Part shown: piece after piece, positions 39,194 through 48,362 of the stretch
How positions within the stretch are numbered: the stretch's first letter is position 1
Layout of the letters: the number at the start of each line of letters is the position of its first letter
Assembly (NCBI GenBank): GCA_965248925.1
Contig: CBDFLE010000006.1
Location: forward strand, 2,048,001 to 2,112,000
From: Candidatus Multivoradales bacterium
GTDB taxonomy: Bacteria; Acidobacteriota; Thermoanaerobaculia; Multivoradales; J023
Length of the DNA: 64,000 nt
Direction: 5' to 3'
Program-made: the position numbers and the translations under genes
Notes under the pieces: model-generated
Told to the model about the DNA's origin: nothing
The model's input: the letters and a program-made list of their open reading frames with translations, nothing else
Databases searched by the model: none

Positions 39194-41053
39194 CCGCAAC
39201 AACGGCGCCAACTGCGGATCGGCTGCTACCGCCGAGCGCAGCTCAGGGTTCGCGGCCAGTGCCTCATTCACACTTTGGCGGGCTGCCTTGGTGTCACCGG
39301 CTTGCTGCTGGTAGCGAGCCAGGGTGAGACGGAGGCGAGCGTCGTTCGGCTCAAGGTCGACCGCTTGACGTAGGGCGCCGGCGGCGTCGGCTGGGCGCTT
39401 GCTGGCGGCCAGCGAGGCGGCCAGATTGACCCAGGCTTCGATGCGGCGAGGCTGGAGTTGGGCGAGTTCTAACCAGTGAGGCAGAGCGTCGCCGGGGCGA
39501 CCGAGACGCTGCAACGCGTCGGCCAGGGCGAATCGGGCCTCGGCGCGGCTCGGATCCAAAAGAACGGCTTTCTGCAAGCGTGGCGCGGCGGCCTCAAGGT
39601 TGCCGGCCTTGAGCAAGGCGATGCCACTGCGCAACATAGCAAAGTGATTTTCGGGCTCTTGGGCCAACACCTGGTCGAATGCGGCTACGGCTTCGGCAAA
39701 CCGGCCCCTCCCCATCAAGGCTTCGGCAGCCAGCAAGACACGCCGTTCGGCGATCCGGTCTTTGGGGTCGGGCAGGTTTGGCGGCGGCTCGGGATCAGCA
39801 CCCCCGGAACCGACGTAGCCCAGGGCGCGCAGACGCGACAAGGTTTCGGCATCGGCCGACTTGGCGCTTCCGACCGCGGCTGCCGCTTCGATGTGGCGCA
39901 ATGTACTGAGCAGAACATGGGTCTGGCGGCGCTGATCGTCGATCCGGTTGTGCTGTTCGCCCGCGTCTTGGCGCAAGTTGTAGAGCTCGGGGCGCGGGGC
40001 GACGATCATCTTCCAACCGTCGTGCCGGAGGGCCTTTAAGGGCGCCCAACCGAAGTAGACCCACGGCAACCGGGTCTCAAGATAGGCCGGCGCGGGAGGC
40101 AGCGCCTGGCCATTCAGCAGCGGCACAATGCTGCGACCGTCCAGATTCGCCATCTCGGCCTGGCCGAGGAGTTCGAGCACTGTCGGGACGATGTCGATCA
40201 GGCGCACCGCTTGGGCACTGGCGCCGGGCCGTACTTTGCCCAGTTGGTGAAAAATCATCGGCACTAGCATCGTGCTGTCGTAGAGGAAGTAGCCGTGAGT
40301 GTCCTCTTGGTGCTCGCCCAGGGCCTCGGCGTGGTCGGCGGTCAGCACGGTCAGAACAGGGCCCGCCGCGATCTCGCCAATGCCGCGCCGTAGCTCGCCG
40401 ATGGCGTGGTCGACATAGGCAACTTCGCCGTCATAGCTACCCCGTGGACCGGGTTGCCAAAAAGACCTCGGGGGCAGGTAAGGATCGTGAGGATCGTAAA
40501 AATGTAGCCACAGAAACCACGGCGGCTCGGCTTTGGCCAACCACTCCAATGCCGCCTCGACGGTGCCGCCAGCGCGCCTCTCGACCCAACCTTCGACCCC
40601 CTCGGGCATGGTGTCGTCGTAGTGCTCGAAGCCACGGTCGAGTCCGAAGGCGCGCTGCAACGGGAAACCGCTGACAAAGGCGCCCGTGCTGTAGCCCCGC
40701 GCGCGCAAATGCTCGGACAACAACGGCACACCCGCGGCCAGCAAGCGACCGTTATCGCGTACTCCGTGGCGCCGAGGCAATAAGCCAGAGAGGATCGAGG
40801 CATGGGCCGGCAGGGTCAGCGGCACCGGCGACACCGCGCCGGGTAGACGAAAACCAGCGGCTGCCAGGCGGTCTATCTCCGGCGTATCGCCGCGACCCGA
40901 AACCCAACCCAAAGCATCGGGACGAAGAGTATCGACAGTGATCAATAGCAGGTTCGCGGGAGCAGCAGGCAGGTCAGCTGAACCGGCTACCGCGCCCGGC
41001 CCACCGAGGGCTACGGAAAGTAGCCAGCAAACTGCGGTCGAGCGAATGCTCAC
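39167..41053 (-). CDS. Exported sulfatase-like hydrolase with C-terminal TPR repeats
   Basis: NLLLITVDTLRPD, PLTLPAHASILSG, WLHFYDPHDPY, YDGEVAYVD, TADHAE, EDTHG, LRALGYV, then TPRs. Confidence 0.9.
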   Translation of the reverse strand: MSIRSTAVCWLLSVALGGPGAVAGSADLPAAPANLLLITVDTLRPDALGWVSGRGDTPEIDRLAAAGFRLPGAVSPVPLTLPAHASILSGLLPRRHGVRDNGRLLAAGVPLLSEHLRARGYSTGAFVSGFPLQRAFGLDRGFEHYDDTMPEGVEGWVERRAGGTVEAALEWLAKAEPPWFLWLHFYDPHDPYLPPRSFWQPGPRGSYDGEVAYVDHAIGELRRGIGEIAAGPVLTVLTADHAEALGEHQEDTHGYFLYDSTMLVPMIFHQLGKVRPGASAQAVRLIDIVPTVLELLGQAEMANLDGRSIVPLLNGQALPPAPAYLETRLPWVYFGWAPLKALRHDGWKMIVAPRPELYNLRQDAGEQHNRIDDQRRQTHVLLSTLRHIEAAAAVGSAKSADAETLSRLRALGYVGSGGADPEPPPNLPDPKDRIAERRVLLAAEALMGRGRFAEAVAAFDQVLAQEPENHFAMLRSGIALLKAGNLEAAAPRLQKAVLLDPSRAEARFALADALQRLGRPGDALPHWLELAQLQPRRIEAWVNLAASLAASKRPADAAGALRQAVDLEPNDARLRLTLARYQQQAGDTKAARQSVNEALAANPELRSAVAADPQLAPLLRSVDDARGI

Positions 41054-41499
41054 CGAGCCTCTGCGGGCTCTGAGGATTGTGCCTCACCAGCAGCCTCGAC
41101 CTTCTGGGTCTGCACGCCCGAGAAGCGCACTTTCAAACCGGTGTTGGTAACGTAGTCGAGGTAGTAATAATAAGTCTCGCCGGCTTTGACTTCGCAGTCG
41201 ACAAAGAGGTAGCGGCCGACATCTTTTTCGTCGACTCCCTCGGCGCGGACGATAGCGGCATTGCGGCGCACGAAAGGCCCCTGGCGGGTGGCGGCACGGT
41301 AGACCAAATAGCCGTAAACACCGGCCTCGGTCTTGGCCTGCCAAGCCAGCCTGGCAGATGGCTGGCAAGCGGTCACCAGCGGTTCCGCGAGCGAAGCTTG
41401 TGCGGCCAACAACCAGGGGGCCAGTACCAGCCCAACGGCCAGCAAGAAACCCCGGCAGGTGGCCTTCGTCATCAGCAGTCTGGTTCTAATCTTGGCCAT
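41050..41499 (-). CDS. Small exported FN3/Ig-like protein apparently lacking the PVEL..F first strand
   Basis: Signal peptide then LAWQAKTE..YGYLVYRA...GPF.R.N..I...G......YLFVD..V..G.TYYYYL; overlaps both neighbours. Confidence 0.75.
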   Translation of the reverse strand: MAKIRTRLLMTKATCRGFLLAVGLVLAPWLLAAQASLAEPLVTACQPSARLAWQAKTEAGVYGYLVYRAATRQGPFVRRNAAIVRAEGVDEKDVGRYLFVDCEVKAGETYYYYLDYVTNTGLKVRFSGVQTQKVEAAGEAQSSEPAEAR

Positions 41500-42616
41500 C
41501 GCTGACAGCCTCCTTGATAGGGGCGGTGGCGTCAATCTGCCGTATCTCCACGCCAGCCGGCAAAACCCAACCACGATAGGCCACCGGCAGCGGCGACGAC
41601 TGCCCCTGCAGGCGGATCTCCAAAGATCCCACGACGGGTCCGGTAGCCGTCGGCTGGGCGCGTAAGAGCAGCCGACGACAGGCCCCTTCGGTGTCTGCAC
41701 ACGGCTCCTCGCCGAGCCATTCAAAGAGGCCGGCGGGGTCTTCGACGGCGACAATGTGAAAAGGCGTCTGGCTGCGACTGCGCAGTTCGAGCGACTCGGT
41801 GACGGTCTCAAAAACTCGGCCGCCGCTTAGCTTGAGCGGGTTGCGGTCCGGCCGCACGTCGCCAAAAACATTGGCCCAATACCGCAGCACCATCAACGGC
41901 TGGTTGACAACGTTGGTTTCGAGCAGCAAACGCCCTTCTTGCAAACCGAGCGCACCGCCCGCAGCCAGGGAGATTTCGAGCCTACGGCCCTCGCCGGGCA
42001 GGCCCACCGCACCGATATCGCGCAGCGCCGCGCCCGCCGGTGCGTCTCGAACGCCGAGTAGGGAAAGCTGTGGCACTTCGCGGCTAGCTAGCTCGACCAC
42101 CGCCCGACCACCCGTCGCCGGATCGACCCAGCCGAAACCTATCGACAAGGTCTCAGGATCATAGGCCGATTGGACGAAGCCGCTGAGGCTGAGTTTGTAA
42201 TGAGCGCTGCCAGGGCCAACGTCGAAGCCGTCGCGTTCGTCGGTGTAGACGCCCACCCGCATCCCGGTTCTGCCGAGGTGCTCGACCAAAGGCTGGTGAA
42301 CGGTCAGCTCGGCTCGGGCTCCAGGGGCCAGGTCGACTGGCAGGCCTCCTACCCAACCTTCCGGCGAACGCGGCAAGACCGAGACAATACGCACCGGATG
42401 GTCAGACGGGTTCTCGACCCGGAAAACATGCACCACCGTTTGGTGCTGATAGCGTTCGCCGAACTCGGCGTGCGGGGTCGCGAAAACGAGTGCGAGCGGC
42501 GCCTCTCCGGCACCGCTCGCGGTTGCGCAGGCGATGGTCAGAACCATCGCGGCGATCGTTTTCACCCAGCTCGCCAAGCCGACCCCGCCGCCTGAAACGG
42601 CCAGATCGATCCGCAT
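41486..42616 (-). CDS. Exported DUF1573-like multi-Ig (PapD/ASH-like) protein
   Basis: Signal peptide, AEFGE....VVHVFRVEN....PVRI.......LAPG..AELTV, followed by two further beta-rich repeats. Confidence 0.6.
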   Translation of the reverse strand: MRIDLAVSGGGVGLASWVKTIAAMVLTIACATASGAGEAPLALVFATPHAEFGERYQHQTVVHVFRVENPSDHPVRIVSVLPRSPEGWVGGLPVDLAPGARAELTVHQPLVEHLGRTGMRVGVYTDERDGFDVGPGSAHYKLSLSGFVQSAYDPETLSIGFGWVDPATGGRAVVELASREVPQLSLLGVRDAPAGAALRDIGAVGLPGEGRRLEISLAAGGALGLQEGRLLLETNVVNQPLMVLRYWANVFGDVRPDRNPLKLSGGRVFETVTESLELRSRSQTPFHIVAVEDPAGLFEWLGEEPCADTEGACRRLLLRAQPTATGPVVGSLEIRLQGQSSPLPVAYRGWVLPAGVEIRQIDATAPIKEAVSDGQD

Positions 42617-42629
42617 CCGGTGACTCCGA

Positions 42630-43217
42630 TCAGTCGATCTCGAAGCTCAACAGCTCGACCGGCAAGGTGCCGGTGATGTCGAGGGTGAAGCCGCCGCAAG
42701 AAGCTGCGCCCGCGGCGTAGTACGAGTCGATGTAGATGAAGTAGCTGGCCGGGGTCAGCGGTGCCGGAATCATGTCCGCGCCGGCCGGGTTGGTCTGTGA
42801 GATGTCGGAAGGCACACCACCGCCGATCGCGTCATTGAACGCGATGCAGCTAGTGCCCAGCCCACAGGTGCCGACGAGGAAGATCCCTAGGTCCGCCGCG
42901 GCGGGGGTCAAGGTCATGGTGATCGCAGAGTTGCCGGCACCGACAAGAATCTCGTAGACCAACTCAGGTCCTGGGTACAGCAGGCTGTTGCAAGTGGCGC
43001 TAGCGTAGTCGCTGATCGCCGCCACGCCCGCGCAAGTGTCCAGGGTGGCATCGGTGAAGGGCAGCGCCGAGATTGTAGCCACGGTCGCGCAGGGGCCGGA
43101 GCTATCACCGGGAGGGGCCGGGGCGCCGATGCGCTCGCGCTGAGTTTGCGCGCTGACCGCGCTGCCTACCAGGAGCACCGCCATCACGATGCAGACGAAA
43201 ATGCGAGATCTGTTCAA
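42630..43217 (-). CDS. Secreted Cys-rich PPC-like beta-sandwich protein with C-terminal LPVELLSFEID tail
   Basis: TTG start with GGAGGAG RBS, signal peptide ending VSA, GPELVY, DLGIFL, YFIYIDSY, FTLDI, tail TLPVELLSFEID*. Confidence 0.8.
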   Translation of the reverse strand: MNRSRIFVCIVMAVLLVGSAVSAQTQRERIGAPAPPGDSSGPCATVATISALPFTDATLDTCAGVAAISDYASATCNSLLYPGPELVYEILVGAGNSAITMTLTPAAADLGIFLVGTCGLGTSCIAFNDAIGGGVPSDISQTNPAGADMIPAPLTPASYFIYIDSYYAAGAASCGGFTLDITGTLPVELLSFEID

Positions 43218-43400
43218 GGGCTTCTCCTCCCTTTCGGGCTTAGAGAGATCTTAGGGACGGCGCCAAACGCCAGGCTCTAGATTGCAGAGAAGGCCACTAT
43301 ACAACCAATCTGGCAACTCTGTCGATGGTAGGAACACCACCGCACCCCATTTCTCCGAACGGTTTGCAAGTTCTGCAAGGACAAGGATAATAGGCGACCC

Positions 43401-44345
43401 ATGCCGCCCTTGATCCTTCTCGGACCTCAGCGTTCGCACCCCACCGTCGCCGAGGAGATCGCGCGTCTCGGCATCGCCGGCCCGGTGGCGGTGATCACCG
43501 CCGGCTGGCAAGAGCGTGAGGCGGAAGACGCGGAATTGGAGGAGCACCTTGGCCGGCCGCTGGTCGATCTGCGGCTCTACCGTCGGGCGGAGCGGGTGTT
43601 CGAGCAAGACCAAGACCTTTTCTTCGGCCTCAGACAGCGCCAGGATGATCTGCGTGAGCTACAGCGACTGTACCGCTATCGCCTCGACTTTGTTCTCGAA
43701 CCGGCCCGTGAGTTGCTCGCCAGCAGCAACGAGTCACCGTTCTTGGAGGAGCAGCGGCAAGCAGCGGTAGCAGCCGTGCGGCGACTCGACAAGCAACACC
43801 TGGAGCGCATTTACGCCATCCACGCCGACCACGATTCGACTTGGCGTCTGAACCAGCGGCCGGCGATTCGCCGTCAGTGCCAGCGGTTGGCCGAGCTGCT
43901 CGAGCCTTGCTCCGCGCTGTTGATCGCTGGCGGTCATGTGGCGATCTTGGTCAACCGGCTGCGCCTTTTCGGCCTGCTGGAGCTAGCCGCCAAATTGCCA
44001 GTGATCGCCTGGTCGGCTGGCGCAATGGCACTTACTGAGCGCATTGTTCTGTTCCACGACACCCCTCCTCAAGGTGCCGGCAACGCGGAGATTCTCGATG
44101 CTGGTCTGGGCCTGCTCAGCGATTGGCTGGTGATGCCGCACGCGGCGCAACGATTGCGCCTGCACGACCAGGTCCGCGTTGCCCTCTTTGCCCAACGCTT
44201 CAGCCCGGCCCGCTGCATACCCTTCGACGATGGCGACCGGCTGCGTTTCGCCTCCCGCCGCGACAGCTCGACCCCCGAGCCCGATGCCAACACCCGCGTT
44301 CTGACCCCACAAGGCACGGTGGCGACGCTCCGGAGCAGCGCATGA
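43401..44345 (+). CDS. Peptidase S51/cyanophycinase-like (class I amidotransferase-fold) hydrolase
   Basis: VITAGW, LIAGGH, nucleophile elbow WSAGAM, GLGLL..W.VMPH. Confidence 0.7.
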   Translation: MPPLILLGPQRSHPTVAEEIARLGIAGPVAVITAGWQEREAEDAELEEHLGRPLVDLRLYRRAERVFEQDQDLFFGLRQRQDDLRELQRLYRYRLDFVLEPARELLASSNESPFLEEQRQAAVAAVRRLDKQHLERIYAIHADHDSTWRLNQRPAIRRQCQRLAELLEPCSALLIAGGHVAILVNRLRLFGLLELAAKLPVIAWSAGAMALTERIVLFHDTPPQGAGNAEILDAGLGLLSDWLVMPHAAQRLRLHDQVRVALFAQRFSPARCIPFDDGDRLRFASRRDSSTPEPDANTRVLTPQGTVATLRSSA

Positions 44346-45478
44346 GCGGCGCCCTCGATCAGCTGCTCAAGGACGGCACGCCGAGCCCCGAGGCTCTCGA
44401 CGCGTTCATCGCCGGGAACAGCTTTCCGATCATCGAAGGCCAGCAGCTGACCTTTGTCTATCGCGGCGAGACGGATGCCGTGCTGCTGCAGCACTTCATC
44501 TATGGCCTGCCCACCTCGCAGCCCTTTCACCGGCTCGCCGGCACCGACCTCTGGTATCTGGAGCAAGAGCTGCCGCGCAACTCGCGCATGCAGTACAAGT
44601 TCAATCTGGTGCGGGGCGACGACCACGGCTGGATTCTCGACCCGCTAAATCCACGCCTGGCGCGCGACCCTTTCGGCGCCAATTCGGTGTGTCATTCAGC
44701 CGGCGCCAAACGTCCCGAGTGGACCCATCCCAACGACGACACTCGGCCGGGCAAGATCGAGCTGCTGGACCTGCACAGCGACGCCTTCGGTGGAGACCGT
44801 CAGATCAAGGTCTACCTGCCGGCGCGCTATCGGCCGCATCGACGTTATCCCCTCTTGGTAGTCCACGACGGCAGCGATTACTTGCGCTACTCGGACCTGC
44901 AAACCGTACTCGACAATCTGATTCACCGCTTGGAGGTAGCGCCGATGATCGTCGCCCTGACCGACGCCACCGAGCGCCTCGACGAGTACCCGGACAACCC
45001 GCTGCAAACCCGCTTCTTGGTCGACGAGCTGGTGCCGCTGCTCGAGCAGACCTACCCGCTGCGCGCCGAGCCGGCGGCCCGCTGTTTGATGGGCGCTAGT
45101 TTCGGTGGCGTTGCCACCCTGTCCTGCGCTTGGCGGCGGCCGGGTTTCTGGGGCCGGCTGTTGCTGCAATCGGGTTCGTTCGCCTTCACCGACATCGGCG
45201 CTCACCAACGGGGGCCGCTCTTCGATCCGGTGGTGAACTTCGTTAATGCCTTCCGCCGCGCTCCGGGCCGACCCAGCGAAAAGGTCTTCATGTCCTGCGG
45301 CACCTACGAGTCGCTGATCTACGAGAACCGCTCACTGGTACCGCTGCTGCAATCCACCGGCATGGACGTGCGCTGGGTCGAAGCTCGCGACGGCCACAAC
45401 TGGGAGAACTGGCGCGACCGGCTGCGCGAAGGACTGTCGTGGCTTTTTCCAGGCCCACTGTGGATGGTCTACGAGTAG
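44342..45478 (+). CDS. Fes-like alpha/beta-hydrolase (esterase) with N-terminal Ig/CBM48-like domain
   Basis: TFVYRG, LWYL, YKF, DPLNP, VYLP, YPLLVVHDG, MGASFGG, LQSGSF, DGHNWENWRD; ATGA overlap with the upstream stop. Confidence 0.85.
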   Translation: MSGALDQLLKDGTPSPEALDAFIAGNSFPIIEGQQLTFVYRGETDAVLLQHFIYGLPTSQPFHRLAGTDLWYLEQELPRNSRMQYKFNLVRGDDHGWILDPLNPRLARDPFGANSVCHSAGAKRPEWTHPNDDTRPGKIELLDLHSDAFGGDRQIKVYLPARYRPHRRYPLLVVHDGSDYLRYSDLQTVLDNLIHRLEVAPMIVALTDATERLDEYPDNPLQTRFLVDELVPLLEQTYPLRAEPAARCLMGASFGGVATLSCAWRRPGFWGRLLLQSGSFAFTDIGAHQRGPLFDPVVNFVNAFRRAPGRPSEKVFMSCGTYESLIYENRSLVPLLQSTGMDVRWVEARDGHNWENWRDRLREGLSWLFPGPLWMVYE

Positions 45479-45613
45479 CGGTTCCCGTGGCCCCACCGAG
45501 GGTGCTATTAATAGCCTGGCTGGCTATGAGAAGCTGCTTACCGGAGCCCGTGATGGGCTGCAACCAATCTCTGTATCGGAGGCTCGCGCTCTGCCTCCAG
45601 GAAGGACCTTGCC

Positions 45614-46879
45614 GTGGCCCATACCAAACGTCTGATCGGCCTCTCGCTGGGAGCCGACCTGTGTTGGCCGATTTGCTTCGAGGAACTCATCGAACGCCTC
45701 GACCTGCGCATTCCGCACAACGGCGACACCGTCGAGATCGGCGTCGAGAGGCTGACCATTGAGCCCTACGATTTGCAGCAGCCTTGTCGCTACTCGGTGG
45801 TACTCGACCGCCTGACCCACTGGTACCACACCAGTCGCGAATGGATCAAGAAGGCGGTAGTTCTCGACGATCTCTATGTGCTCAACAATCCGTGGTCGGT
45901 GCAGTCGATGGAGAAGCAAACTAGCTACTGCGCCATGCAGCGCCTGGGCATGCCGGTGCCGCGCACCTGGATGGTGCCGCCCAAAGCCTACGCAGACCAC
46001 GATGACCTCGACACCACCTTGCGGCGCTACGCCAAGCTCTTCGACATCGGCGAGGTGGGCGAGAATCTGGGCTACCCGCTGTTCATGAAGCCCTACGACG
46101 GCGGCGGCTGGCGCGGGGTCAATAAGATCGACGATGCCGACAAGCTGCGCCAGACCTACAACGACAGCGGCACCTTCGTCATGCACTTACAGCGAGCGGT
46201 GGAAGATTGGGATCTATTCATTCGCTGCATCGGCATCGGCCCGCAGGTCAACGCCGTGCGCTACGACCCGGAAGCAGCACTGCACGACCGCTACAAAGTC
46301 GAGTTCAACTTCCTCGATCCGACCGAGTATCAGCATCTGCGCAACATGACCCTGACCATCAACAGCTTCTTCGGCTGGGACTTCAACTCTTGCGAGGCCT
46401 TGCGCTCGGGCGGCGTGTTCTACCCCATCGACTTCGCCAACGCTTGCCCGGACTCGCAGGTCACCTCGCTGCACTACCACTTCCCGTGGTTGATCAAGGC
46501 TCTGGTGCGCTGGTCGGTGTTTTGTGCCGTCACCGGTCGCAAGATGCGCCAGAACGTCGATTGGCAGCCCTTCTACGACATTCAAAAACGCGGCCTGCCT
46601 TTCGCCGAAGCACTGGTCGAATACGGCAAGATCGCCGACCAGCGGTTCGAGACCGAGCGCTTCGAAGAATTCTGCGAGCAGCACCTCTCCCATCTCGACG
46701 AAGTGGCGATGGAACTATTCTCTAGTGAGCGAGCCCGCCAAGCGGTGCAGCTCAAAGTCGAATCCCTCTTCCCCAAGCACGAAATCGAGCAGTTCACCGA
46801 CCATTTCTGGGGCCTGATCCAATTCTGGCGTCAGACCGAAGGCGACCGCATGGCAGCGGCGAGCAAGACCTCAGACTAG
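45614..46879 (+). CDS. ATP-grasp ligase (RimK/glutathione-synthetase-like)
   Basis: VLDRLTHW, VLNNPW, MPVPRTW, GYPLFMKPYDGGGWRGV, LQRAV, DFNSCE, IDFANACPD. Confidence 0.85.
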   Translation: MAHTKRLIGLSLGADLCWPICFEELIERLDLRIPHNGDTVEIGVERLTIEPYDLQQPCRYSVVLDRLTHWYHTSREWIKKAVVLDDLYVLNNPWSVQSMEKQTSYCAMQRLGMPVPRTWMVPPKAYADHDDLDTTLRRYAKLFDIGEVGENLGYPLFMKPYDGGGWRGVNKIDDADKLRQTYNDSGTFVMHLQRAVEDWDLFIRCIGIGPQVNAVRYDPEAALHDRYKVEFNFLDPTEYQHLRNMTLTINSFFGWDFNSCEALRSGGVFYPIDFANACPDSQVTSLHYHFPWLIKALVRWSVFCAVTGRKMRQNVDWQPFYDIQKRGLPFAEALVEYGKIADQRFETERFEEFCEQHLSHLDEVAMELFSSERARQAVQLKVESLFPKHEIEQFTDHFWGLIQFWRQTEGDRMAAASKTSD

Positions 46880-47649
46880 CTACCTGGGGGGAGAGGGTAA
46901 ACCACCCTTCCGGGGTAGTGCGGGCCGCCTCGCTGCTAGCTATCCTCAGACTGTCAACTCTTGGGACCGTTCGTCCTAAAGCCACCCGAAGGTCTCGGTC
47001 TCCAGGTCGGTAATGGCGCGGTTCTTGCGGGAGCTATCCCGTTCTTTTGCGCTGTGTTTTTGGGGAAGGCTGTGCCTTCCGGAAGCTGTCAGGGAGAGCA
47101 AGATGACGACGTAGCACCGCCATGCGTCGAAGGAGCAGGTGTGTTGTCCCACTGGACAAATGCTTGAGAATTACCGCCAACCAACCCTCTCAACCCTGGT
47201 AGTGCCAGCCGCACTCTCAGCCACTCTTGGCTACCCCACCGAGAGTTCCGCCCAAGCTAATGTGAGCTCGGCCAAAGTGGACTCGGTCAGTAGCGTCAGG
47301 GCCTTTATCAGGACCGGCCTGCTGCGGGTTCGCGGCCAGCTCGCGCCCGACCAGGACGGCATCTATGCCGACTCAGTGGGCATCTTCCGTGGTGGCGCCA
47401 ACACTGGCGTTGCAGCGGTGCTCTGCTGGCCACCGCCCCCGCCAATCCCACCCACGGCCGCTTTTTCTTCCGCTGCAACGACAGTGTTTGCATCGCACCC
47501 GAGGCAGCGTCGATGGCGCAGCCCGATCCGGCACCGCTGAGCAAGGCCGGCAACCCCGCCAACGGCTCGCCGTTCTGCATTCAATCATCTCTGGGGGCCT
47601 TCATCGTCGTCGACATCGACCCGATGCCCGATTCTTCGGACCCGTCGCG

Positions 47650-48362
47650 TTTCACGGCTGCCCGGACAGCTGCCCGCTGGAGACCGCGCGGCTGGCGAAA
47701 GCGCAGAAGATCCTCGGCGACCGGGTCGGCCAGGACATCTTCATGTACTCGATCACCATCGATCCGGAGAACGACACCCCGGAGGTGCTGGCGAAGTACG
47801 CCGAGCGCTACCGAGCCCAACCGGGCTGGTGGTTTCTGACCGGCAAAGAGGCCGACATCACCCTGCTGCGGCAGAAGCTGGGACTCTACATGGAGGAGAT
47901 CCAGGACGGCTCCAACAACCACAACCTGAGCCTGATCATCGGCAACCAGGCCACCGGCCAGTGGATGCGGCGCTCGCCATTCGAGAATCCCTACGTCCTG
48001 GCAACCCAGATCGGCAGCTGGCTGAGCGGCTGGAAGGCTCCTGCCGAAGCCGCCCCGGACTATGCCACCGCCCCCAAAGTGCGCAACATCTCGCAGGGCG
48101 AGCAGCTCTTTCGCACCCGTTGCGCGACGTGCCACACCATCGGCCGCGGCGAAGAAGGGCTGGCCCCCGGACTGATCGGCCCCGATCTGCTGGAAGTTGC
48201 CAAGCGACGAGAACGGGCCTGGCTCGAACGCTGGCTGGCAGTTCCAGACCAGATGTTGGCGGAGGGAGATCCCATCGCCCTGGGCCCTATGCCAAGTACA
48301 ACAATGTACCGATGCTCAACATGCGCCTGAGCGAGGTCGATGTGGAGGATCTGCTGCTCTAG
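47650..48362 (+). pseudogene. SCO1/SenC + cytochrome c gene remnant (N-terminus lost, frameshift, nonsense codon)
   Basis: CPDSCP (SCO CxxxCP), SITIDPENDTP, WWFLTG, haem motif CATCH, GPDL; frameshift near 48285; TAG at 48360-48362. Confidence 0.8.

Noticed and set aside
46900-47640. ORFs upstream of the SCO remnant
   Set aside because: Fragmented in all frames; possibly decayed coding DNA, but no family could be assigned.
48360-48362. Pyrrolysine or programmed amber read-through
   Set aside because: The same gene also has a frameshift and a lost N-terminus, so a simple nonsense mutation (probably from a Tyr codon) is more parsimonious.
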